Source of the DNA: a virus
Lineage: Duplodnaviria; Caudoviricetes
Length of the DNA stretch: 53,305 bases
Reading direction: 5' to 3' (one strand)
IMG/VR virus record: IMGVR_UViG_3300043256_000158
Coordinates: 1 to 53,305 of that record
Positions 1 to 8,851 of the stretch are shown piece by piece. A program made the translations under genes and the position numbers. Each line of letters begins with the position of its first letter. The stretch's first letter is position 1. Below the pieces are notes generated by a model. That model saw only the letters and a list, made by a program, of their open reading frames with translations. It made no database searches and was not told the origin of the DNA.

Positions 1-407
1 CGTTATCCCGGATGGATTGGCCGCATCGGCATCGCCATCGAAATTATCTTGATCCCAGCTTGCTTGGGCCACCTTGTTTTCGACCGTCGAACCGCTGTCG
101 TGTGTTCTCAATATCAAATTGATCGTACCGGCATCGCTCTGAAGCAATACTCCATTGGTTGCTGTGTTGTAGCCCATCTCCCGGACGCACCCGGTCTTAG
201 TGCCGCTCGCAAGCTCCAGCACCCCCGTCATATTTATGAATTGCGACTTACCGGGCTGGTACGGGAAGTGCTGATAGGTTTGACGAATCCGCTCGCCAGC
301 CGTGGTGTCGGTCGAGGTGAAATCGGTATAGGGCTTGTCCAGCGTCGGCGCGCTGAGCGCCATGGTCCCGCTCACGAGGCTATTCTGCCAGAACAGGGCC
401 TGCTGGT
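1..407. repeat. Left copy of imperfect terminal direct repeat (matches 52899-53305); circular/permuted genome
   Basis: Direct comparison: colinear 407 bp, about 23 mismatches by hand count, identical over 284-407. Confidence 0.95.
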
Positions 408-603
408 CGGCCATGATGAGCTTGCTGTCGAAAATCGTCTCGGGCTCGGAAACCCGCCATCGACCGAACGCATCACATGACGGGCCATCACCGGCATTGA
501 TCAGCACATGCTGGAGTTTAGCCAGCACACCGCCGACAGCACGCTCGGTCGCGGCGTAAATATCGCCTGTCCCGGGGAGTGTGGTGTTCGGATCAAGCGC
601 CAT
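1..603 (-). CDS. N-terminal part of putative virion structural protein that continues across the junction into 52152-52898
   Basis: ATG at 603 overlaps upstream TGA; MALDPNTT...DAFGRWRVSEPETIFDSK...SLVSGTM is in frame with ORF 52152..53273. Confidence 0.8.
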   Translation of the reverse strand, partial: MALDPNTTLPGTGDIYAATERAVGGVLAKLQHVLINAGDGPSCDAFGRWRVSEPETIFDSKLIMADQQALFWQNSLVSGTMALSAPTLDKPYTDFTSTDTTAGERIRQTYQHFPYQPGKSQFINMTGVLELASGTKTGCVREMGYNTATNGVLLQSDAGTINLILRTHDSGSTVENKVAQASWDQDNFDGDADAANPSGIT

Positions 604-1733
604 CAGCTCCATTCCCCACGGGTGAACGTCGTCCCGTCAGACGAGATTGCCGAAGTCGCAATATCCCCATCGTCGGCGTCGTTGCGCAATGTCTTGGTCG
701 TCGATGTCTGGGTGCCCTTGTTGCGAGCAAGAGCCATGAGCCAGCCGAGTTTGTCTACGATAGTCGCCGTAGCGGCAGGAACGCTCGAAGGTTCAGCATC
801 AGTGGTTGTTCTTAGAGCCGTGTCCACCTCGGCGTTGATGTTGGCGAGCGAAAGAGTATCAGGGATTTTGGTACCATCAAGGCTGTTGGAATCGTCGTAG
901 ATGGCCCGGATCATTTCCGACAAGCTAACCCCACTTGCCGGTGCGGCCGCGGCCTTGAGTGTCACGACACCCGGTGCACCAACCAGAATGTTGATCAGTT
1001 GCTTGATGTACTGCATCACTGTATCGCCAGTGGTCACCTCATCGGCCGCTGCGCCGTCATTCAACGCGCCGAGGACGTTCGCAAGAGCAAAGCCAGTCGC
1101 CGTGACCCACTCCGCATCACCACGGTCCCTAATGGCTTGCAAACTATCGGTGGATGGAACGAAGGTGGACCAGTCCTCGGTCGCGCTCACGAGGTGCGCC
1201 ATGATCGAACCGTTGACCGGATCGTCACCATCAGCCTGGGCAACCAGATGGTCGAGCTTTTGAACCACAAGCGCATCATTGGCCTCGGACTCGACCTCAC
1301 TCTTCATCCCCGTGCTCATACCACCGAGGTCTGTTAGGCCAGCACCGGCCGCACCGATGACGGCGGTATCTGACTTGATCGCCGCCACTTGCGTATCGGG
1401 AGCCGCACCGGACGCAAAGAACCACGTATAGGTGTCCTCCTCGACCACCTGAAATTCGGCCCACGCCGACAAGGCCCCGGCCACGTCAACACTGGCCTGC
1501 AACCGCCCCACAGTATCGGTATCGGTCGCGTCCAAGGTGATGGCATACCATCCCGCCTCGTCATGCGTACCGCCACCCGAATTCTTTGCCGCCATATTGC
1601 CACCGTTCTTGGACAGGCGGATATCGGTGTTGGCGATAGTCAGACCGGTCTCGGCCGTCTTGCCGTCCGTATCGTCTATGAACGGGCCTATGAGGACACT
1701 TTGAGAGGCCGTGGATTGCTTTAGATACAGCAT
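603..1733 (-). CDS. Putative virion structural/accessory protein
   Basis: 376 aa, Ala/Asp/Thr-rich, stop/start-coupled within late operon. Confidence 0.7.
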   Translation of the reverse strand: MLYLKQSTASQSVLIGPFIDDTDGKTAETGLTIANTDIRLSKNGGNMAAKNSGGGTHDEAGWYAITLDATDTDTVGRLQASVDVAGALSAWAEFQVVEEDTYTWFFASGAAPDTQVAAIKSDTAVIGAAGAGLTDLGGMSTGMKSEVESEANDALVVQKLDHLVAQADGDDPVNGSIMAHLVSATEDWSTFVPSTDSLQAIRDRGDAEWVTATGFALANVLGALNDGAAADEVTTGDTVMQYIKQLINILVGAPGVVTLKAAAAPASGVSLSEMIRAIYDDSNSLDGTKIPDTLSLANINAEVDTALRTTTDAEPSSVPAATATIVDKLGWLMALARNKGTQTSTTKTLRNDADDGDIATSAISSDGTTFTRGEWS

Positions 1734-2582
1734 CTAGGCGGCCCTCATGGAACGATAGTGCTTGTCGAAGATAGGGAGTGTCACACCCCCCGCCGCTACC
1801 GCGAACACCACCCCCGCCTCATCGAACATGCGGAACGGGCCGAAGGGGTCGCGATGTAAGGCTAACACTTGAGAAAACGGCAATAGCTTTGGATGAACAG
1901 ATATATAATATATTTGTCCATTGACTTCCTTCTCAACAGTACCGCGATTATTTCGCGCACCAAATGTTAGGTCAAAGCCAAAATCTGCAAAATTACTGCC
2001 ATCGCCCGATTGAGCATAAGTAAGCGCTCTTGCCGCACCAGTTTTGTGCAAGTCGTAATACATCGTAACGGCGCTGGCCCCAAGAGACTTCTTGCCCAGT
2101 ATTGTTATTATATGCGGTTCTCCATCCGTCAAGTCCGACTCCGCTGTCGTTAGTCTAACACTTAATTGGCTGCCTCCTTCGTCACGCATGAATACCCTGA
2201 TTTTTCCGTCAACGTTTTCATTTAAGGCTACACCCCAAGCAGTAACTGACCCAGTATTAAATACCCCTAAAATGTTTTGTGTCGCTGTTGAGGTGGTTTG
2301 AAAATAACAAGTAAGCGACCATTCTTTTATAAGATTGGCGGTATTTGCTCGTAATGGGTGGGCAAAGTAATCCCCGGAACCATCAAAGTTCATGGCCTGA
2401 CCAAGCCTGCTTCCCACAAGCGAGGGTGTTCCACTCTTTGCTAATAGCGCTCTTTGCCCAAAATCATAAAAACTCCACCAAGGAAGGAAATAGAAGGTAG
2501 GCCAAAACCACCCCCACTCCGGTGCGACCAGGGCGGGCTGTAGCGCCCACATCGGCGGCTTGATAAGGGATGGGTAGCCCAT
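1734..2582 (-). CDS. LamG/concanavalin A-like lectin domain virion protein
   Basis: AMNFDGSGDY, WSLTCYFQTT, LTFGARNN, NGQIYYISV resemble LamG-like jelly-roll motifs. Confidence 0.7.
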   Translation of the reverse strand: MGYPSLIKPPMWALQPALVAPEWGWFWPTFYFLPWWSFYDFGQRALLAKSGTPSLVGSRLGQAMNFDGSGDYFAHPLRANTANLIKEWSLTCYFQTTSTATQNILGVFNTGSVTAWGVALNENVDGKIRVFMRDEGGSQLSVRLTTAESDLTDGEPHIITILGKKSLGASAVTMYYDLHKTGAARALTYAQSGDGSNFADFGFDLTFGARNNRGTVEKEVNGQIYYISVHPKLLPFSQVLALHRDPFGPFRMFDEAGVVFAVAAGGVTLPIFDKHYRSMRAA

Positions 2583-3199
2583 CAGGCGCTCACGCCGTCC
2601 TTGTCGTAGGTAAGTCGCACCGTGGGACTGTCGGTTGGGGTGCCTGTCACACGCGCCATTACCAAAACGACGGGATATCCCATGACGGTCGACGCTTGGG
2701 CAAGGTTCACATCTTCTGCGGGATCGGCAAGATCAATCAAGAACTGGTTAATGACCGCAAGGGAATAAAGATCGTATGTCTCGCTGGTCTCTGGAGCATC
2801 GCTAAGAGCATGGTCCAAGACAATGGAGTCGTCAGAAGCGGCAGAACTCGTAATCAACCGCACCTCGGCAATCTCGCCGCCTGTCGTCATGACGAAGTAG
2901 CGGCCTGTTAGATCATCATCAGCCGTTTGAGCATCCGGGAAACCCGCCGCTGTATCCAGCGAGATATTCGAGGCATCCGTGACAACATCGGGGGTATTGC
3001 CCGAGGATATCTGGTGGCCACCTAATACCTGTATTTCCACCTCATCCGTGCCAGCACCATCCCAGTCGATGTTAATCACAGAAGACAAAAGCTCGCGGGG
3101 ATTCAGCGTAATGAAGATGGCTGCACCGCTGGTCGTGAACGCCTCGAAATTCCCATCTGCTGCAAGATCTTCAGATATTACTTTCCCTGCCCAGGCCAT
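2582..3199 (-). CDS. Putative virion protein
   Basis: 205 aa acidic, beta-rich, translationally coupled. Confidence 0.6.
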   Translation of the reverse strand: MAWAGKVISEDLAADGNFEAFTTSGAAIFITLNPRELLSSVINIDWDGAGTDEVEIQVLGGHQISSGNTPDVVTDASNISLDTAAGFPDAQTADDDLTGRYFVMTTGGEIAEVRLITSSAASDDSIVLDHALSDAPETSETYDLYSLAVINQFLIDLADPAEDVNLAQASTVMGYPVVLVMARVTGTPTDSPTVRLTYDKDGVSA

Positions 3200-3621
3200 C
3201 AGTTAGCCCTCGCTGCCGTTACAAGCCGGGGCCAGACCGGAGAAGGAAAATCAGGATCCGCGTCCTGCAATTCCTGCGCCCGCGTGATGCTCTCGACCCG
3301 CGCCACTTTCAATGCGGTGATGGTGGCACTGCCGCCGCCGAAAATGCTGGTGAACCGGACTGCCTCGCGGCCGAAGGGATTGACCTCGCCCATGTGCAGG
3401 ATGTTCCAAACCTCTTGCTGATCTGCCGTCGAAAGAGCAGCCCAACCAGCCTGATCCACAGCATTGTAAACCTCGCTGGCCGTCAGGCTGGCACGGTCAC
3501 GCGTGCGCGTGTCGGGAGACGGATAGATGCTGTTCAAGTCGTCGGCCGCCTCCTGGTCCGACATAGCGTCGTAGCCACGTCCCAGCGGATCGGTGGCGAG
3601 TTCGGTTTTGAGGTCAGCCAT
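3199..3621 (-). CDS. Hypothetical phage protein
   Basis: 140 aa coupled ORF. Confidence 0.65.
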   Translation of the reverse strand: MADLKTELATDPLGRGYDAMSDQEAADDLNSIYPSPDTRTRDRASLTASEVYNAVDQAGWAALSTADQQEVWNILHMGEVNPFGREAVRFTSIFGGGSATITALKVARVESITRAQELQDADPDFPSPVWPRLVTAARAN

Positions 3622-4135
3622 TGGGCATAGCCGCTTTCATGCGCGCCACCATCTGATTTGCCACATGCTTGGCCTCCACAGCCGCCTTCTGGGCCTTCTC
3701 AGTCCGTTTCTCGCGTGCGCCAATGGTTTCCTCACGCTTGACGACATCGGCCTCCAGCGCCTTCAGGGCCTCGTCACGGACCGCCAGACTGTTCTTGGCT
3801 TTCCGCCACTCCATCTCGATCTCCGCCTCACGATCGTTTAGCTTGGCGCGCTCTTCCTTCCTAGTCAGAGCCCATGCCTTCAAACCGGCGACCAGTTTCT
3901 CTTCGCGCTCGGCATAGTCATGCTCCGCGCGCCTGGCCCAAAGCTCGGCCTCCTCATGTTTCTTCTCGATATCCTTGGCCTTACCGTAGACAGCAGACGC
4001 TTTCACGAAGGCCGCAATCTTGGTGTCAAGCTGCTTGATGTAGCCCTCGAAGACCTTGCGGTTATCGAGGAACCGCAGGAACGCCAGGAAGTCCTTCTGA
4101 CCGTCGAAGTGTGGGATTCGGATATCCATGTTCAT
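3614..4135 (-). CDS. Coiled-coil hypothetical protein
   Basis: 173 aa, E/K/A/R-rich heptads, AGGAGG SD. Confidence 0.65.
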   Translation of the reverse strand: MNMDIRIPHFDGQKDFLAFLRFLDNRKVFEGYIKQLDTKIAAFVKASAVYGKAKDIEKKHEEAELWARRAEHDYAEREEKLVAGLKAWALTRKEERAKLNDREAEIEMEWRKAKNSLAVRDEALKALEADVVKREETIGAREKRTEKAQKAAVEAKHVANQMVARMKAAMPNG

Positions 4136-4141
4136 TCCCTC

Positions 4142-4399
4142 CTAGGGAACCACGCTGAGGGTGACGAAAAGCTCTCCACTTGACCAGGACCGCTCCTTGC
4201 CTGGAATAGTCGCAGGCGGTATGCCACTAGCACCTGCTGTAACGGCATCAGGCAAAACGGTCACTTTCAAAAGGACACTTTCCACCTTGTAAATGACCGA
4301 ATTTGCCTCAATGTGATCATTCTCTCGAAGAGGGTAATCGGCGGTGTTCAGAGTAAATAACGTTTCTCCGGTTCCATCCAAAACACAAACTGACCGCAT
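4142..4399 (-). CDS. Hypothetical protein (AT-richer)
   Basis: 85 aa ORF filling gap, purine-rich SD. Confidence 0.55.
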   Translation of the reverse strand: MRSVCVLDGTGETLFTLNTADYPLRENDHIEANSVIYKVESVLLKVTVLPDAVTAGASGIPPATIPGKERSWSSGELFVTLSVVP

Positions 4400-4410
4400 G
4401 ATTTATCCCC

Positions 4411-5325
4411 TTACGTCAGCGCTGATTCCTGTTGTTCGCCATCGCTGAAGTGATTGCCCGCCGCATAATCGGTCGCATTGAAGCCGAGTGTGGCGTTGTT
4501 CTGGAAAGACGCCTTGGCGATATCAAAGTAATTGTCGATGACGACATTACCACCGCCTCCGGCATCCCTGATATCGAAGATTGTGGTAGCACTCTGCCCC
4601 ACGCCCTCCTTCAGGAATACGTTGCCCCGAAAGGTGCTGTTCATCCAACCCTTGGTCGCGCCATCAGGACCGATGTGGTTGACGTTGGTCATGAACTGAT
4701 TGTTTTCGACCAGCCAGTGCTGCGGAAGGTGGTGGTCGGTGTTGTCCACGCTGATCGCATAGGCGCCCGATGTCGTCATCTGGTCGAAACGGCAATTCCT
4801 GATCGTGGCGTAGGTGCTGCCACCATCGACAACGATGCCGAGTTTACCGGTCGTAAAGATGCAATTCTCGACCGTCATGAAGTCGGGCCGGTCTGTGGTT
4901 CCATCTAACGACTTGTTCATATTGATCCCCCCGGCTCCCGTGGGACAATCGAACTCGATGTCCGTGAACGTCCAGCCGCGGGATTTCAGGTCGATGATCG
5001 GGCTGGTGTGCGTAGTCGGGCCCATCCAGGTAGCAAGGCCATTGGGGCCGATCTTGAAGCCGCGCACCGTCACAAAAGCCGCATCGGCATTGGCCGGCGT
5101 GGTATAGTTGCCGGTGAAATCACCCCCGGACAACATGATCGTGTCGTAGTGTGTCACCGTGGCGAACGCCTTGGTGAGCGTCTTGAACGGGCGCCTGTTG
5201 TTGAGGCCCCTGTTCTGATCGCTGCCGTTGGTCGAATCGACAAAGTATGTCTTGCCGAACTGTCGGCCCATCAGGGGAACACCCATGCTGGACAGGCCGC
5301 TGGGGAAATTGGTTAAGTTGCCCAT
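4411..5325 (-). CDS. Pectin-lyase-like beta-helix protein, possible capsid fibre
   Basis: TYFVDSTNGSD..G..PFKTLTKA cap and repeated xxENCxF/xxRNCxF coils; directly after MCP. Confidence 0.7.
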   Translation of the reverse strand: MGNLTNFPSGLSSMGVPLMGRQFGKTYFVDSTNGSDQNRGLNNRRPFKTLTKAFATVTHYDTIMLSGGDFTGNYTTPANADAAFVTVRGFKIGPNGLATWMGPTTHTSPIIDLKSRGWTFTDIEFDCPTGAGGINMNKSLDGTTDRPDFMTVENCIFTTGKLGIVVDGGSTYATIRNCRFDQMTTSGAYAISVDNTDHHLPQHWLVENNQFMTNVNHIGPDGATKGWMNSTFRGNVFLKEGVGQSATTIFDIRDAGGGGNVVIDNYFDIAKASFQNNATLGFNATDYAAGNHFSDGEQQESALT

Positions 5326-5390
5326 TAGAAGTCTCCATAGTTGCGCGCCGCAGCCGGAGCAGCCAGGGTTGGAGCCCCACGGCGCTGGAT

Positions 5391-5422
5391 AAAGAAAACG
5401 GACGGCCCCGAAAGACCGCCCG
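5391..5422 (-). terminator. Intrinsic terminator after major capsid gene
   Basis: GC-rich hairpin (CGGGCGGTC...GGCCGTCCG) followed by TTTTCTTT on minus strand. Confidence 0.75.
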
Positions 5423-5444
5423 CTAGTTCAGAGAAGAATTACGC

Positions 5445-6353
5445 TTAGGCGCCTGGCGAGCCGAAAATCCCCCGCCAGTCCGTCCACTTGAACGAATAAC
5501 GCTCGTAGCACTTGGCCTTTTGGTTGCTTGTGTCGAAGTCGTTGTCGCGAGTGAAGCTCATGCTCTCACGCTGAAAGTGCTGCAACCCATTCGGAGCATT
5601 GGTTCTGACGAACCACGAATCGGGGTCCGTCAAATAATGATTAACCTTCGGTGGGCCGCTGAAGACCCCCGTAGCCTTTATCACGTTGATCGCATTGTTG
5701 GCGGTATCGTTCTGCAATACCGAGCTCACAATGCGGTTAGCCTCAAACCAGAGCTGACGTGGAATAATGAATTCCCTCGGCAGAAGACTGATCTTCAAGC
5801 CACGGGCGTTAGTCGCGCCCATGATCTGAATAATCAGATCCTCGATTGAGGCTTCGGACATATCCGCTGCCACGGCCAGTTCGTTCGACTGATCGCCCGA
5901 AAGTGTTGGGTGATCGGTGGCCAGCATCTCCTTGCCGTCGCCGCCGGCAAACACGGAGTTGAAGCCGCGATTATAGACGTTCGCGCCGACATTCTCCTTG
6001 GTCTGCCTCATAGAAAACGCGAGACTCGCTCCTCGACGCTTACCGACCATCTCATAGAGGTTGTCTTGAATTTCCTCATGAGAGACGATAAATCCCAGCG
6101 CATAGGCTACGTGCGTATAGCGCGACACAACGCCCTGAGTGTCGGAATCGTAAGAGACCGAGGCACCTTCCGCCTTAACCGGAGCCAAACCGAACGACGT
6201 GGTCTCCACGTCCTCTTCGTAAGACTGCGAAGAGGACAGAGTTTTGAAAAGGTCTGTGTACTCGGTCGTGTGCTCGTCGTACACGATACCCCAATGCTTG
6301 TGAATCCCAGGCCATAAGGCTTTCGGATGCGTGCCAGTGGTAATGACTGCCAT
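5445..6353 (-). CDS. Major capsid protein (HK97-fold, Mu gpT-like family)
   Basis: 302 aa; MAVITTGTHPKALWPG, GGDGKEMLATDHP, NHYLTDPDSWF, ERYSFKWTDWRGIFGSPGA; follows scaffold and decoration genes. Confidence 0.9.
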   Translation of the reverse strand: MAVITTGTHPKALWPGIHKHWGIVYDEHTTEYTDLFKTLSSSQSYEEDVETTSFGLAPVKAEGASVSYDSDTQGVVSRYTHVAYALGFIVSHEEIQDNLYEMVGKRRGASLAFSMRQTKENVGANVYNRGFNSVFAGGDGKEMLATDHPTLSGDQSNELAVAADMSEASIEDLIIQIMGATNARGLKISLLPREFIIPRQLWFEANRIVSSVLQNDTANNAINVIKATGVFSGPPKVNHYLTDPDSWFVRTNAPNGLQHFQRESMSFTRDNDFDTSNQKAKCYERYSFKWTDWRGIFGSPGA

Positions 6354-6367
6354 CGTTCAGCCCTCCT

Positions 6368-7009
6368 CTATGTGCCCAAGATGCCGTCGTTAGTCTCGGC
6401 ACCTTCGGGTTGCATTGCATGAGTGGAGATAACGACTTCACACTTGGCGTGAACCAGCGTGGCGTCGTTGTCTTCGCGATTGACGAAGCGCGTCAGGATC
6501 AGCTGTTTCTGCGGGTCCTGGCCTTCATCCGAACCGTTCAGCTCCGTAGCAGACAGACCCGTTGTGGTGCTGCCCGTGCCCAATAGGATGTTGAAGCTCG
6601 CTCCGACCGCTGTCGCCGTGAGAATGGTGGCTGAGTCGGCCTGGATTTCATACACGATATCCGGGTCGTCACAGACGATCGCTACGCGCTCGGTATCATC
6701 GAGCCGATACTGGTTCTCCAGAGCCGTAGGATCGGCCGCAAAACCAATAATAACACCAGAGATTCTAATGCCATCTCCGGCCGCCGCGATATTAATCTCG
6801 GGCAAAGTCCCAATGCCAAATTTCCCGGCACCAGGGACTTCAACAACTGCGGTGTTTGACGTACCGGTAACAAGCACGCAATCACCGATGAACATATTCC
6901 CGCCGGAATAAGTGGAGGGAATGAAATAGGGGTTTGCCGCCCCATTGTATGACGCCCCGTTGCGGTGCTTGATCGGTCGCAACCCAGAGGGCGTGTCAAC
7001 ATTTGCCAT
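6368..7009 (-). CDS. Capsid decoration/cement-like protein
   Basis: MANVDTPSGLRP start, DDPDIVYEIQAD motif, immediately upstream of MCP. Confidence 0.7.
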   Translation of the reverse strand: MANVDTPSGLRPIKHRNGASYNGAANPYFIPSTYSGGNMFIGDCVLVTGTSNTAVVEVPGAGKFGIGTLPEINIAAAGDGIRISGVIIGFAADPTALENQYRLDDTERVAIVCDDPDIVYEIQADSATILTATAVGASFNILLGTGSTTTGLSATELNGSDEGQDPQKQLILTRFVNREDNDATLVHAKCEVVISTHAMQPEGAETNDGILGT

Positions 7010-7026
7010 GGAAACCTCCTGGCATG

Positions 7027-7048
7027 AAAATAGCCGCTCGAAAGCGGC
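7027..7048 (-). terminator. Intrinsic terminator-like hairpin in head module
   Basis: GCCGCT-TTCG-AGCGGC then TATTTT. Confidence 0.6.
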
Positions 7049-7073
7049 CGGTTAATGAAAGCGGCAACCCGGA

Positions 7074-7655
7074 TCAGCGTTCGGCCGAGGTGTTCGGCCG
7101 GTAGTTAATGCCCGCATCAGGCGTATAGAACGCGCGCTGATCCTGAGCTGTCGTCTGTCTGGGTTCGCCGCGCCTAATAGCAGTGTCTATCTCATCTATT
7201 CGGCCCTGCTTTTGAGCTTGATCTTGCTCATAGAGCACTGTTGGGAGAGCCATGGCATAACCAGTCTGTGCGCCACCATAGCGAGACACACCAACATTCA
7301 CTGTGTCAGCCCCCTCGCGATCCTGAACAATCTCGCCGTCGCCTCCAACAAACTGATAACCAGCATCCAAAAACAACTGAATCCGGCCCGGGTCATCTGT
7401 AACCCGGCGACCAGTCATGCCAGATGGCACTTTGAAGCTAGTTCGCGGTTCGGCAGAGCCAATCGGCTTGCGCTCTTTGCGGCCGAAGCCGTGTCTCGTC
7501 TCACTCCTAGCCTCGCGCGAAGCATCGCGATCCCCCACACTCAAATCAGAGGGATGCGGCTCCTGCGTCTTCGAAGCCCATGCCTCAACTTGCTCAGAGG
7601 TGACTTGCTCCTGAGGCTCAGGATTTTTCCTCGGTCGGCCTGGTTTCCCAGCCAT
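7074..7655 (-). CDS. Head-module hypothetical protein
   Basis: 193 aa between scaffold and decoration gene; AGGAG SD. Confidence 0.7.
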   Translation of the reverse strand: MAGKPGRPRKNPEPQEQVTSEQVEAWASKTQEPHPSDLSVGDRDASREARSETRHGFGRKERKPIGSAEPRTSFKVPSGMTGRRVTDDPGRIQLFLDAGYQFVGGDGEIVQDREGADTVNVGVSRYGGAQTGYAMALPTVLYEQDQAQKQGRIDEIDTAIRRGEPRQTTAQDQRAFYTPDAGINYRPNTSAER

Positions 7656-7741
7656 GGTTCGTCTCCTTTACAATCTTCACAGCCTTACGAATCTTTGAAC
7701 GAGAGACTGACCCCTCTTTCTTCGCGGTTCTAACAATTCGT

Positions 7742-8623
7742 TTATTCGCTGATGTAAATTTCGGCATACTCTTCTCGGCCTTCCTTGGTGTCCTCGTAGA
7801 GCCCCTGTTCAACAAACCGCTTGAACGCGCCCTGTTGAACCTCTTTTGGCACCTTTGACCATGCCGTCTTGCCGTTGCCGCCACCCCCGGGCCGGGCACC
7901 CTCGACAGCCGGAGCTTGCCGGCGCCGCTGGTTGCCGAAACGGTCGGGGAATTCCTTCTTCACCTCCGCCGTAATGCGCTTGAAGTAGGCTTCGCCGGTC
8001 AGTCCGGTACGCGCCACCTGCTTGACGATCGAGTCGGCAAAGGCCGCCATTTTGGGATCGAACCCATCATCGTTCTGGTCATACCAGGAATTATCGGGCA
8101 GCCAGGTATCATAAGCCGGATCGTTGACAGGCGCCGGTTTGGTCTCCTGCTTGGCCTCGGCCTTGACTTCCTGCTCCAAGTCTTTCATCTCGCCCTTGGC
8201 ACGGCGGTAGGCATCGGGATCGCCTTCCTCCACCGCCTTGTCGGCTTTGCTCTCCAGTTCCTTGAGGGCCTTCTGATAGGCGCGCTGGTCGGCCTTGGTC
8301 AGATGGGTTCCCAAGTCCTTGATGGTCTGCCCCAGGGTGCCGATCTGCCGGTTCTGCTTGGCTATCTCGGCGCTCTGCTTGGCTATCTCGGCCTTGAGTA
8401 TCTTGTCGCCACGGTCCTTCAGATATTCGTTGCGCTCGGTGAACGTCTTGGCGTCGAGCCAGGTCCCACCGCCGCTGTCATCCCACTCCTCCTCGGGCCG
8501 CCAGCCCATCTTGCGGGCTTCGGTCTCGTGCGAGTCGGCCTGCGCGTTGTCGGCCTGCTGTTGCTGGTCCTGGTTCTGGTCTTGGTCTTGCGTCTGATCT
8601 TGGGCTTCGCTCGTATCGCTCAT
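7742..8623 (-). CDS. Capsid scaffolding protein
   Basis: EARKMGWRPEEEW motif, long coiled coil, acidic Q/D N-terminus, position. Confidence 0.8.
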   Translation of the reverse strand: MSDTSEAQDQTQDQDQNQDQQQQADNAQADSHETEARKMGWRPEEEWDDSGGGTWLDAKTFTERNEYLKDRGDKILKAEIAKQSAEIAKQNRQIGTLGQTIKDLGTHLTKADQRAYQKALKELESKADKAVEEGDPDAYRRAKGEMKDLEQEVKAEAKQETKPAPVNDPAYDTWLPDNSWYDQNDDGFDPKMAAFADSIVKQVARTGLTGEAYFKRITAEVKKEFPDRFGNQRRRQAPAVEGARPGGGGNGKTAWSKVPKEVQQGAFKRFVEQGLYEDTKEGREEYAEIYISE

Positions 8624-8637
8624 CTCATTTCCTCATG

Positions 8638-8663
8638 AAAAAGCCCCGCACATCAGGCGGGGC
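8638..8663 (-). terminator. Intrinsic terminator upstream of scaffold gene
   Basis: GCCCCGC-N7-GCGGGGC then TTTTT. Confidence 0.65.
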
Positions 8664-8665
8664 CG

Positions 8666-8694
8666 TTGCTATCTTGACTGGAATATGCTAAATT
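8666..8694 (+). promoter_or_regulatory. Sigma70-type promoter for tRNA-like RNA copy A
   Basis: TTGCTA-17 bp-TAAATT with extended TG; predicted start ~8701. Confidence 0.6.
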
Positions 8695-8700
8695 ATCAGT

Positions 8701-8849
8701 GCTGCGGCAGCGGGGAAAGCAGACCCGCTCGGTTATCGGATAAAGTTCTAGACTTTAGCCGGTCGGCATTTGGGATAGGTGAAGCCGCGACGGCGGTGAT
8801 GTACGCAACGACAATTACGCCGAGCCGGAGTAGCGCCCGGCCCGCAGCA
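8701..8849 (+). ncRNA. tRNA-like structured RNA, copy A
   Basis: 7-bp GCTGCGG/CCGCAGC stem, D-like arm, T-like arm; 27-nt exact match and covarying arm with 33339-33478. Confidence 0.75.
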
Positions 8850-8851
8850 TC

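Noticed and set aside
190-283. DGR template/variable repeat pair at the genome ends
   Set aside because: Mismatches are not adenine-specific, are mostly synonymous, and no reverse transcriptase is present
5330-5390. Conserved RNA motif downstream of the capsid gene
   Set aside because: A GC stem is possible, but there is a single copy and no recognisable consensus
8701-8849. Canonical tRNA or intron-containing tRNA
   Set aside because: No TTCG T-loop, no anticodon arm and no encoded CCA; reported as tRNA-like instead
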